Shown here piece after piece: positions 29,205-37,791 of a DNA stretch of 64,000 bases. The notes below the pieces were generated by a model. That model was given only the letters and a program-made list of their open reading frames with translations. It was not told where the DNA came from and did no database searches. The translations under genes were made by a program, and so were the position numbers. This DNA comes from Myxococcota bacterium. GTDB taxonomy: Bacteria > Myxococcota_A > UBA796 > CAJQPC01. Position 1 is the first letter of the stretch. Each line of letters starts with the position of its first letter. The stretch is taken from positions 32,001 through 96,000 of the forward strand of contig JAZAMN010000002.1 in assembly GCA_036229005.1 (NCBI GenBank), in the 5' to 3' direction.

Positions 29205-30479
29205 TCAATAACTGATCATCGAGAAGAAATAACACATCTCCTCATCCGTGCGCTCGCCGTAGCCGGTGGTGACGGGCTCGTCGTAGGGCAGGTCGGGGTT
29301 CGAGGTGCTGTTGTTCCAGGTGCAGGAGTACTCGAGGGTGTCGCCCTTGGCCAGCACCGGCAGCTCGCCCTCGAACTGGTAGGTCAGCTGGTTGTCGAAG
29401 TCGTAGTCGCCCTGCACCAGGCAGGTGGTGCTGCCATCGGCGTGGGTGATGCTGGCGCTGTAGGCCTTCCCGAGCACGTGCATGTGGGGGAAGATGTTGT
29501 GGATCTTGACGTCGATCGGGTAGGTGTTCTCGAAGTCGCCGCTGTCGGTGTAGGCGTCGTCCCCGGCGGGGATCTCGAAGCGGCTGAGCCCCAGGGGGAC
29601 CAGCAGGACCTGGGTCTCGACCTCGTCCTTGGGCATGGTGCGCAGCTCGTAGCCGCTGCGGTCGTCCTCCCAGGTGGCCTGGGACTGGAAGTAGTGCATC
29701 TGCAGCACGACCACGTCGTCCTTGTCGAGCTTGAGGGCGTTGCCCTCGCCCAGCTCCAGGGGCAGCATCCCGGGGGCCCAAGCACCCAGCATCCCCTCGC
29801 CCGCGCCGGACATGTCGATGCAGTCAAAGCCCTGGGGGTCCCACTGGGACTCGCTGATGTCGCCGCGGTCTGTGGTGAAGGCGACCACGTGGTGCACCAG
29901 GGCTGCGTTGTCCACCGCCGGGGCCAGGGCGTTGATGTACACGTCCTCATCCAGCTCCGGGTCGAGGACAAAGCAGCGGTACTCGTTGCCGGGGTTGGCC
30001 TCGTCCGAGAAGCTGGGCGTGTAGGCCTCGGTCATCAGCAGGGAGATGTCGGCGTCGTCCAGGGTCTCCTTGATGGGCTCCACCCCGGGGTCGTCGGCGA
30101 CATCCCCGAGCTCCTTGCCCTGGTCGATCCAGGCCTGGAGCACGGCCAGCTCGCCGGCGCTCATGTTCATGTGCTCGGAGCCGCTGTAGTCGTGGCACTC
30201 GGGGTCGCTGGTCGCGGGGGGCATGGCGCCGACCTCGACCTGATTCAGCATGACCTCAGCGAAGCTCACCACCGTGTCCGGGTCGGTGAAGTCCCCGATG
30301 CCCAGACCGCCCTCGTAGTGGCAGCGCGTGCAGTGGACATCCAGCAGAGGCTTGACGTCCTTGTAGTAGGTCGTGTCCGCGTTCCCGCCGGACGTGTCTC
30401 CGCTGTCGTCCCCACGGACGTTGGTGTCACAAGCCAAAGCAGCGAGCAGAACAATCACGAGCACCTCCGAAGGCCGCAC
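29205..30479 (-). CDS. Copper type II (PHM/DBH-like) monooxygenase lipoprotein with N-terminal heme-c motif
   Basis: LAALAC; CTRCH; YRCF, VHH, QMHY, PHMH, EEMC copper ligands. Confidence 0.85.
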   Translation of the reverse strand: MRPSEVLVIVLLAALACDTNVRGDDSGDTSGGNADTTYYKDVKPLLDVHCTRCHYEGGLGIGDFTDPDTVVSFAEVMLNQVEVGAMPPATSDPECHDYSGSEHMNMSAGELAVLQAWIDQGKELGDVADDPGVEPIKETLDDADISLLMTEAYTPSFSDEANPGNEYRCFVLDPELDEDVYINALAPAVDNAALVHHVVAFTTDRGDISESQWDPQGFDCIDMSGAGEGMLGAWAPGMLPLELGEGNALKLDKDDVVVLQMHYFQSQATWEDDRSGYELRTMPKDEVETQVLLVPLGLSRFEIPAGDDAYTDSGDFENTYPIDVKIHNIFPHMHVLGKAYSASITHADGSTTCLVQGDYDFDNQLTYQFEGELPVLAKGDTLEYSCTWNNSTSNPDLPYDEPVTTGYGERTDEEMCYFFSMISY

Positions 30480-30493
30480 TGTATAGGTGACTC

Positions 30494-30994
30494 ATGGTCA
30501 CTGGCAATCCCATCACGCTCCTGATCCTGGGCTGTCACCCAACTGAGCCTGTGGACAGCGTCCCCCAGCCCCTGGTCGAGCTGAGCGCGTGGGAGATCCT
30601 GGGGGACGACCAGGACCCCATCGGTCCGGCCCCCAGCCCCTGCGCTCCGACCGCGGTCCACGAAGAGACCGGCTTCCTGGAGATCGAGACCGACGACTGC
30701 CCCTGGGTGACCGTGGGTCAGCTCAGCGGGGCGCGGGTGGGACCGGAGCACGAGCTGGCCATCCTGGCCTGGCACAGCTCCCTTGCTGCCGCCGAGCCCG
30801 CCACCGGACACATGAGCCTGTGGATCGGCGACGAGGAGATCTGGCGCATCGAGCCCGCCATCCCAGGCGACCCGGAGATCCACGAGGCCAGCGTCCAGGT
30901 CACCCAGGAGCACGCCGCCGGGAGCTGGGTGCGCCTGCACGTCCACAACCACGGCGCGAACGCCTGGCGCTTGGGCCGCCTGGAGCGTCGCTGA
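30494..30994 (+). CDS. Hypothetical lipoprotein with C-terminal HVHNHG motif
   Basis: LLILGC lipobox, beta-rich body. Confidence 0.7.
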   Translation: MVTGNPITLLILGCHPTEPVDSVPQPLVELSAWEILGDDQDPIGPAPSPCAPTAVHEETGFLEIETDDCPWVTVGQLSGARVGPEHELAILAWHSSLAAAEPATGHMSLWIGDEEIWRIEPAIPGDPEIHEASVQVTQEHAAGSWVRLHVHNHGANAWRLGRLERR

Positions 30995-30998
30995 CTGC

Positions 30999-33131
30999 TC
31001 AGCCCAGGCCCAGCAGGCGCCCACCCTGGTAGACCACGAAGCTGGCGACCCAGGCCAAGCCCGTCATGTAGACCACCATGAAGATGGGCCACTTCCAGCC
31101 GCGCGTCTCGCGCTTGACCACCGCCAGCGTGCTCATGCACTGGGCGGAGAGGGCAAAGAAGACCAGCAGGCTCAGGCCAGCCAGCGGCGTGTAGACCGGG
31201 CTGCCGTCGGGGTGGGTCTCGGCGTGCATCCGAGCGCGCAGGCCCTCGTCCTGCTCGTCGATGTCCTCGCCCACGCTGTAGACCACGCCCATGGTGCTGA
31301 CGAACACCTCGCGGGCGGCGAAGGCGCCGATGAGGCCGACGCCGATCTTCCAGTCAAAGCCCAGCGGCTCGATGACGGGCTCGATGAAGCGCCCGACCTG
31401 CCCCGCGTAGCTCCCGGCGAGCTGCTCACCCTCACGCTGCTGCTCCAGCGCCTCGACCTGCTCGGGCGAAGAGGCGGCCGCGATGGCCGCGTCGTAGTCC
31501 TGGGACATCGGCACGTTCTGCGGGAAGGACAGCAGGCCCCAGACCACCACCGTACACACCAGGATGACCGTGCCAGCATCCTTGAGGAACTCGCGGGCCC
31601 GGCGCCACATCATCAGCGCCACGTCCTGCAGCTTGGGCCAGCGGTAGGTGGGCAGCTCCAGCACCAGCGGCACCGGCTCGGCCCGCAGCACGGTCTTGGA
31701 CATCAGCCAGGCCGCGGCCAGCGCGGTCACCACCGAGAACACGTACATGCCCAGCAGCAGCCCGGACTGCACCCAGGCCTCCCCGGCGAACAGGGTGCCG
31801 ATGATCAGCGTGTAGACGGGCAGCCGCGCCGAGCAGGTCATCAGCGGCACGACCATCATGGTCAGCAGCCGGTCCCGCTCGCGGGGCATGCTGCGGGTCG
31901 CCATGATCGCCGGGACCGCGCACGCAAAGCCCGAGAGCATGGGCACAAAGGCCCGCCCGTTGAGGCCCATCAGGCGCATCACCCGGTCCATCAGATAGGC
32001 GACGCGGGCCAGGTACCCGGAGTCCTCCAGCAAGCCCAGCAGGAGGAAGAGGAGCAGGATCTGCGGCAGGAACACGACCACACCGCCGACACCACCGATC
32101 ACCCCCTCCACCAGCAGATCCCGGCCAAGCGAGGGCGCCATGCTGCCCTCCACCAGCACCGCCAGCCACTCGAAGAGGGTCTCGATGGCGCCGATGGCCG
32201 GGTCCGACCACGCGAACAGGCCCTGGAAGAGCAGGCCCATCACCAGAAGGAAGATGCCGAAGCCCGCGACGGGGTGGATCAGCACCCGATCCAGCTTCTC
32301 GGTGAAGCTGCGGTCGACCTCTCCCTGGAGCAGGGGCAACAGCTCCCGGTCCAGCCAGCCGTAGCGGCCGGAGATCGCCTCGTCGTCGATGTCCTCGGGG
32401 TGCAGGTGCAGGCGCGAGACGGCCTCGGCGAGCCCGGCGGGCAGACCGCCGTCGTCCGTGTCGGACCAGGACATCAGCGCCCACAAACCCAAGCCGTGCT
32501 GCCGGGGCCAGCCCTCGGGCAGCGCGTCCATGGCGGCCTCGATCGCCTCCTCCAGGTCCTCGCCTGGCTCCCATCTCCACAGAGGTTGAGGGGGGTCTTG
32601 AGCCAGAGCGGTGGAGAGGGCAGCGCGGAGATCGTCCAGCCCCTCCCCCTCCCGCGCGACGGTCCGCACCACCGGGCAGCCCAAGAGGTCGGAGAGCGTG
32701 TGGGTGGACGGCAGGGTGTCTCCGGCCTGGTCTGACATGGTCAGTACCAGGACCACCGGGACGCCCAGCTCCTGGAGCTGCAGCAGCAGGTAGAGGCTGC
32801 GGGAGAGCACGGTGGCGTCCGCGCAGAGGGCGACGACATCCGGAGTGGGCTGCCCATCCAGGCCCAGAACGGCCTTGAGGGTGACGCGCTCTTCCAGCGT
32901 GCGCGCGACCAGCGAGTAGGCGCCGGGCAGGTCGACGATGGTGGCCGTCCCGCTCCCCAGGCGGGTGCTGCCGATGGAGCTCTCCACCGTGACGCCCGGG
33001 TAGTTGCCGGTGCGCGCGCTGCCGCCCGTGAGGCGGTTGAACAGCGTGCTCTTGCCGGAGTTCGGGTTGCCGGCGAGCAGGATCAGGGGCTCTGACGTGG
33101 CCACAGTGTCGACGGTCGCCGTGGTGCTCAC
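30999..33131 (-). CDS. feoB: Ferrous iron transporter FeoB
   Basis: GNPNSGKS, GNYPGVTV, DLPGAYSL, EDSGYLAR, GFACAVPA, CSARLPVY, AAREVFV. Confidence 0.97.
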   Translation of the reverse strand: MSTTATVDTVATSEPLILLAGNPNSGKSTLFNRLTGGSARTGNYPGVTVESSIGSTRLGSGTATIVDLPGAYSLVARTLEERVTLKAVLGLDGQPTPDVVALCADATVLSRSLYLLLQLQELGVPVVLVLTMSDQAGDTLPSTHTLSDLLGCPVVRTVAREGEGLDDLRAALSTALAQDPPQPLWRWEPGEDLEEAIEAAMDALPEGWPRQHGLGLWALMSWSDTDDGGLPAGLAEAVSRLHLHPEDIDDEAISGRYGWLDRELLPLLQGEVDRSFTEKLDRVLIHPVAGFGIFLLVMGLLFQGLFAWSDPAIGAIETLFEWLAVLVEGSMAPSLGRDLLVEGVIGGVGGVVVFLPQILLLFLLLGLLEDSGYLARVAYLMDRVMRLMGLNGRAFVPMLSGFACAVPAIMATRSMPRERDRLLTMMVVPLMTCSARLPVYTLIIGTLFAGEAWVQSGLLLGMYVFSVVTALAAAWLMSKTVLRAEPVPLVLELPTYRWPKLQDVALMMWRRAREFLKDAGTVILVCTVVVWGLLSFPQNVPMSQDYDAAIAAASSPEQVEALEQQREGEQLAGSYAGQVGRFIEPVIEPLGFDWKIGVGLIGAFAAREVFVSTMGVVYSVGEDIDEQDEGLRARMHAETHPDGSPVYTPLAGLSLLVFFALSAQCMSTLAVVKRETRGWKWPIFMVVYMTGLAWVASFVVYQGGRLLGLG

Positions 33132-33385
33132 GCGGGCACGACCCGGATCTGGGAGGCCTCGAAGCGGCGGATGGACAGGCGGGAGCCACGCAATGAGAGC
33201 TCCAGGGGATCGCCCAACGGGGCCACGCGGACCACCGAGACCGGAGTCCCGGGGAGCAGCCCAAGCTCGAGCAGACGACGCCGGAACCCGCGCTCACCCG
33301 CGACCGACTGGACCACCACCTGCTGCTGCAGGGGGATGGCGTCCAGGGTGAGCTGGGAGGGGGCGCTGTCTTCGGGCGCGTGCAT
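33128..33385 (-). CDS. feoA: FeoA
   Basis: RRLLELGLLPG, APLGDP, LSIRR; GTGA overlap with feoB. Confidence 0.92.
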   Translation of the reverse strand: MHAPEDSAPSQLTLDAIPLQQQVVVQSVAGERGFRRRLLELGLLPGTPVSVVRVAPLGDPLELSLRGSRLSIRRFEASQIRVVPA

Positions 33386-33408
33386 GTCGCTTCCTGGTTT
33401 CACCACTA

Positions 33409-33435
33409 AGTATGTTTGATGAAAACAGCAGTCAA
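33409..33435 (-). promoter_or_regulatory. Candidate feoAB promoter (TTGACT-N15-CATACT) overlapping a weak Fur-like half-palindrome
   Basis: AT-rich island; TGAAAAC-A-GCAGTCA loosely matches a 7-1-7 Fur box; spacer is short. Confidence 0.35.
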
Positions 33436-33448
33436 CTACTGCAGCCCC

Positions 33449-33835
33449 TCAGCTCACGAGCTGCTGCTCCAGATCACGCAGGAGCGCGCTGGCCGGACCG
33501 GTCCTGGAGGAGGCGATGCAGCGCTTGTAGGCCTTCCAGAGCTCCCCCAGGTAGGGGTCGTCGGTGAGCCGGTGCTCGTTGGGGTCCGGATCGGTGATGC
33601 CCAGCTCGGCCGCCCCCACCGAGCGCCGCCGATGCAGGGACTTGAGGCTGCGCAGGAAGAGCTCCGTGGCTTGGGGCTCCCCCCGACGGCTCAGCTCCAG
33701 CCAGGTGCGCCAGAGCTCCGACTCCGGCATGCCCTGCGGGTCATCTCCCGGCCGCCGAAGCCGCCGAATCAGCAGGCGGGTCTCCACCGCCTTGAGCTCC
33801 CCACGTGTGCTTCCGAGCGCTTCAACAGCCTGCAT
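33449..33835 (-). CDS. Hypothetical helical protein
   Basis: ORF with protein-like composition upstream of feoA; start uncertain. Confidence 0.6.
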   Translation of the reverse strand: MQAVEALGSTRGELKAVETRLLIRRLRRPGDDPQGMPESELWRTWLELSRRGEPQATELFLRSLKSLHRRRSVGAAELGITDPDPNEHRLTDDPYLGELWKAYKRCIASSRTGPASALLRDLEQQLVS

Positions 33836-33921
33836 AGAGCTTCACCTCGTGCCAGGATCGTCACAAGGTTAGCACACAGCGAACACCCGACATTCCCCCT
33901 GTACAAGCTCTTGATGTGTGC

Positions 33922-35217
33922 ATGATGACTCTCCTTCTGTCCCTCGCCTGCATCAAGCCGACCCCGCCGGGTCCCTCCCCCGCCCAGCAGCGCGAATCGC
34001 TCCGCGCCGTGGTGTTCTCCGAGCACGCGCAGGGGGCCCCCGTGACCATCCAACTGGCCGTCCAGGCTGGCTCCGCCACCGACCCCACCGGCGCCGAGGG
34101 CCTGGCCTGGCTCACCGCCCACATGCTCAGCGAGGGCGGGATCGGCGCCGAGTCCCCCGCCCGCCTGGACCACCACCTGGCCGCCTTGGACGCCTCCCTG
34201 AGCGTACTGGTGGACAAGGACCTGGTGCGCTTCACCGGCCAGGCCCCCGCCGAGAACGCGCAGGCGCTGTCGGAGCTGATGGCGCAGATGCTCACCGAGC
34301 CCGCCTGGACCCCCGCCTACCTGGATGTGCTCAAGCAGCGCGCCCAGGGACTGCTCGCCGCGCCCCCCGCGCTGGAGCTGCTGGCCCTGGAGCTCTGGGT
34401 GAACCACGGCCACCCCTATGGACACGCGGACTTCGGCCGGCAGGGGAGCCTGGAGCTGTTGACCCTCGAGCAGGTCCAGGCCCACCACCGGGACACCTAT
34501 CTGCGCGACAGCATCGCAGTGGGCATCTCCGGCCCCGACGAGGACACGCTGGCCGCGACCCTGGACCAGGGTCTGATGGCGCTCGGCGTGGGCCGCAGCG
34601 CCCTCCCCCAGCCCTACACGCGCCAGGTCCCCGACGCGCCGACGCTGTTGCCGGTGCAGGGTGCGACGGCCGCGCCAGTGCTCGGACTCCCCCTGGAGCC
34701 CACCCGCGACAGCGCGCAGTGGCCAGCCCTGGAGCTCGCCCTGGTGGCGCTGGGCCAGGAGCACCCCGAGTGGGGCCTCTCGCTGAGCGCGCCGGCGCAG
34801 CGCCGGCAGGCCACCCTGGTGCTGGAGCCGGGCGGCGCGCTCCCCGAGGCCAAGGCCACCCTGAGGGCGCTGCAGGACGCCCTGGACGCCGGGCTCACCC
34901 AGGAGCAGCTGGACGCCGGCCGACAGGCGCACCTCGCTTGGGCCCAGGAGCAGACAGAGGATCCGGACGCCGCGCTGGTGATCGCGGTGGAGACTGCAGC
35001 CCTGGGGCTCCCGGATCCCCTCGCCCCCCTCCCCTACGAAGCGGTGACGCTGGAGCAGGCGCAGGCCGCGCTGGCGCAGGGGGTGGACCTGGACGGGGTG
35101 CGCATTGTGGCGGTCTCGGACGACCCCGCCACGCTTCAGGGCAGCCTGGGTGAAGAAAGCGGCCTGCCCACCGTCCAAGCCCGCGACCCCCTCACTCCCC
35201 AGGAGCTGCTGCGATGA
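33922..35217 (+). CDS. M16 (insulinase)-fold lipoprotein, non-catalytic type
   Basis: AGSATDP..EGLAWLTAHML (no HxxEH), HPYG; LSLAC lipobox. Confidence 0.8.
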   Translation: MMTLLLSLACIKPTPPGPSPAQQRESLRAVVFSEHAQGAPVTIQLAVQAGSATDPTGAEGLAWLTAHMLSEGGIGAESPARLDHHLAALDASLSVLVDKDLVRFTGQAPAENAQALSELMAQMLTEPAWTPAYLDVLKQRAQGLLAAPPALELLALELWVNHGHPYGHADFGRQGSLELLTLEQVQAHHRDTYLRDSIAVGISGPDEDTLAATLDQGLMALGVGRSALPQPYTRQVPDAPTLLPVQGATAAPVLGLPLEPTRDSAQWPALELALVALGQEHPEWGLSLSAPAQRRQATLVLEPGGALPEAKATLRALQDALDAGLTQEQLDAGRQAHLAWAQEQTEDPDAALVIAVETAALGLPDPLAPLPYEAVTLEQAQAALAQGVDLDGVRIVAVSDDPATLQGSLGEESGLPTVQARDPLTPQELLR

Positions 35218-36050
35218 AGCGTGCGCTCGCCGTCTTGAGTCTGCTGCCCGCCCTCACCGCCTGCGAGGGCTGGGAGGACGTGAACCTGGACCCCTACAAG
35301 CCCACGGTGAGCTTCCAGGATCTGGACGTGAACGACGTGAACTGGGAGGGCGTGGACGCGGACTTTGTGTTCGCGGTCGAGAACCCCAACCCGGTCTCCG
35401 TGGAGCTGGCCCACTTCGACTACGGGCTGGCCTTCGAGCAGGTGGACTGGCTCAGCGGCGACAACCCGGACGGGCTGGTGCTGGCGGCCTCTGGGGGCTC
35501 GGATCTGGCGCTGCCGGTGGCCTTCCAGTACAGCGATCTGTGGGAGATGGTGCAGGCGATCCGCGGCAAGGACGACATCGACTTCGGGCTCTCGGGCAGC
35601 TTCGGCTTCGACAGCCCGGCGGGGGTGATCACGCTCCCCTACGACGAGGCCGGCGACTTCCCCGCGCCGCGCAAGCCGGACATCCAGCTCAACACCCTGC
35701 AGCTCCAGAGCCTCAGCCTGAGCGGCGCGGAGCTGGAGCTCACCCTGGACGTCGACAACGCGCACGGCAGCCGCCTGGACTTCCTGGGGCTGGACTACGA
35801 CCTGGCGCTGGCCGGGGTGGACCTGGGCCAAGGCAGCGTGCAGTCCCTGGGCAGCGTGGAGGGTGACAGCAGCAAGCGCCTGGCCATCCCGCTGGAGATC
35901 TCCTTCCAGGGGGCCGCGGGGGCGCTCTACTCCGCGTTCCAGGGCGAGAAGCTCAAGGTGGATCTGGACGCCACGGTGGACGTCGACACGCCCTTTGGCG
36001 TGCTGCCGCTGGCATTCGACGAGTCCGGGCAGGTCGAGCTGGTCAAGTAG
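35214..36050 (+). CDS. Lipoprotein with two LEA_2/WHy domains
   Basis: LTAC; VENPNP..FDY and second VDNAH..LDYDL repeat. Confidence 0.82.
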   Translation: MKRALAVLSLLPALTACEGWEDVNLDPYKPTVSFQDLDVNDVNWEGVDADFVFAVENPNPVSVELAHFDYGLAFEQVDWLSGDNPDGLVLAASGGSDLALPVAFQYSDLWEMVQAIRGKDDIDFGLSGSFGFDSPAGVITLPYDEAGDFPAPRKPDIQLNTLQLQSLSLSGAELELTLDVDNAHGSRLDFLGLDYDLALAGVDLGQGSVQSLGSVEGDSSKRLAIPLEISFQGAAGALYSAFQGEKLKVDLDATVDVDTPFGVLPLAFDESGQVELVK

Positions 36051-36078
36051 AGGCGCCCGCCGGCCCGGGACGCAGAGG

Positions 36079-36084
36079 TAGACT
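36079..36084 (+). promoter_or_regulatory. Putative -10 box TAGACT 6 nt before ATG 36091 (leaderless)
   Basis: TANNNT-N6-ATG. Confidence 0.55.
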
Positions 36085-36090
36085 CCGCGC

Positions 36091-37314
36091 ATGCCTACAC
36101 GCTCCTACGTCGACCCGCGCGATGTCCTGATCAGCCACCAGGACTACTTTGGACACGACCGCCTGGCCCGCAGCTTCCTCAAGACGCTGCCGCGGCTCAA
36201 GGCCGGCACCACGGTGATGGTGCACGGCGCCCCGGGCTCCGGGAAGAACACCTTCCTGCTGCGCTGCGCGGCCCTGATGGCGCACCAGCGCGACACCCTG
36301 GACTTCGATCCGACGGCGCGGGTGGGCACCTGGTGCTGGTACAACCCCTGGCTGTACCTCAAGCACGGGAACATCCTGTCCGGGCTGGTCGCGACCATGT
36401 CCAAGTACAGCGAGTCCCCCCAGGCGCTGGAGCGCGCCCGCGACATCGTGGGGCACCTCAACCGCATGCACTTCGGCGACAGCATGCCCACGACCTCTGG
36501 CACGGGCGTGAACCGCGGCGATGTGAACCCGGTGGAGCGCGTTCGGCGGGGCTTTGTGCAGCTCACCGAGATGCTGCGCCAGCAGAACCCTGGCCGGGTC
36601 GTGGTGTTCATCGAGGACTGCGACATGCTGCGGCCCAGCGCCCGCCTGCTGCTGCTGGAGGGCCTGCGCCTGCTCAGCACCGAGAACAGCTCGGTGACCT
36701 TTGTGGTCGCCATCGGCCGCCAGTCCGCGCTGGAGGCGATGCGGGTCCGAGAGGGCGCGGTGGACGACATCAGCGCCGCCCACTGCCTCGCCGAGCTGGT
36801 GGATCTGGACATCACGGTCCCCGGCCTGGACGTGCGCCGCATCTCCCAGCTCGTTCAGAAGCACCTGGGCACCGGCGCCCAGCAGGTCCGGCAGGCCTTT
36901 GGCAGCGACGCCACCGACGCCCTCGGCGCCGCCCTCACTGCCCGCCCCCTGGGCCGCCCGCGCTTCCTGGAGCGCCTGAGCGGCCGCGTCCTCCTGCTGG
37001 CCGAGTACGCCCTGGACGCCCGCACCACGCGCGAGCTCTCCGAGGCCCAGTGGGCCTGGGTCATCGTCTCCGAGCGCTGGCCGGAGTTCCGCCGCTTCAT
37101 GCTGCGCGGCGGCCGCGACCGCTGGCTGCACCTCCGCGACGCCCTCAGCCGCTCCATGGGCCAGCCCCAGACCGAGAGCAACCCCGAGGTCGTCGCCTGG
37201 CTGCAGAAGGACCTCATCCTGACCGACTACCTGCGCCTGTACGCGGACGACTTCGAGCGCGAAGCCGAGTCCGTGTATTGGCTGGAGACGCTGCAGCTTG
37301 CCTGCGGGTTGTAA
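36091..37314 (+). CDS. KAP-family P-loop NTPase
   Basis: HGAPGSGKNT, YNPWLY, VVVFIEDCD..P, LLEGLR, FVVAI. Confidence 0.8.
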   Translation: MPTRSYVDPRDVLISHQDYFGHDRLARSFLKTLPRLKAGTTVMVHGAPGSGKNTFLLRCAALMAHQRDTLDFDPTARVGTWCWYNPWLYLKHGNILSGLVATMSKYSESPQALERARDIVGHLNRMHFGDSMPTTSGTGVNRGDVNPVERVRRGFVQLTEMLRQQNPGRVVVFIEDCDMLRPSARLLLLEGLRLLSTENSSVTFVVAIGRQSALEAMRVREGAVDDISAAHCLAELVDLDITVPGLDVRRISQLVQKHLGTGAQQVRQAFGSDATDALGAALTARPLGRPRFLERLSGRVLLLAEYALDARTTRELSEAQWAWVIVSERWPEFRRFMLRGGRDRWLHLRDALSRSMGQPQTESNPEVVAWLQKDLILTDYLRLYADDFEREAESVYWLETLQLACGL

Positions 37315-37369
37315 GTCCTAGGCCTACAACAGCTCTTCTCCGAGGGGCACGGGTACCGGGGCTCGGGAA

Positions 37370-37791
37370 TCAGGTATCAGGTATCAGGTATCGGTCATCA
37401 CGCCGGTCCAATCCGAAGCGCAGTCCCCGGGCCGGGCGCCGGGCCCCCTTCCAGGCACCGGCCGCTCCCGTGGCCCGCACGAAGTGCCGCGCCCTCCCCA
37501 AGACGCCCCCCAAGTCGGCTGCCACCAGCGCCCCGCCCCACCAGCGCGTCATCGACGGTCCCCGGTCGCCGGTAGCCGGTCGCCGCCACCCAAGAGCGAC
37601 CTCCGATACCTGATACCCGATACCTGACCTCCGGACCCCTCCCCAAAACGCCCCCAAAGTCGGCTGCCACCAGCGCCCCGACCCAGCAGCGCGTCATCGG
37701 CGGTCCCCGGTCGCCGGTAGCCGGTCGCCGCCCCCCAAGCCCGACCACCGATACCTGATACCCGATACCTGACCCCCGATACCCGATACCT
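37370..37791. repeat. MITE-like intergenic element: 25-bp heptamer-built inverted repeats plus a ~138-bp direct duplication
   Basis: TCAGGTATCAGGTATCAGGTATCGG (37370-37394) is inverted to 37603-37627 and 37748-37772; 37492-37629 is repeated at 37637-37774. Confidence 0.85.
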
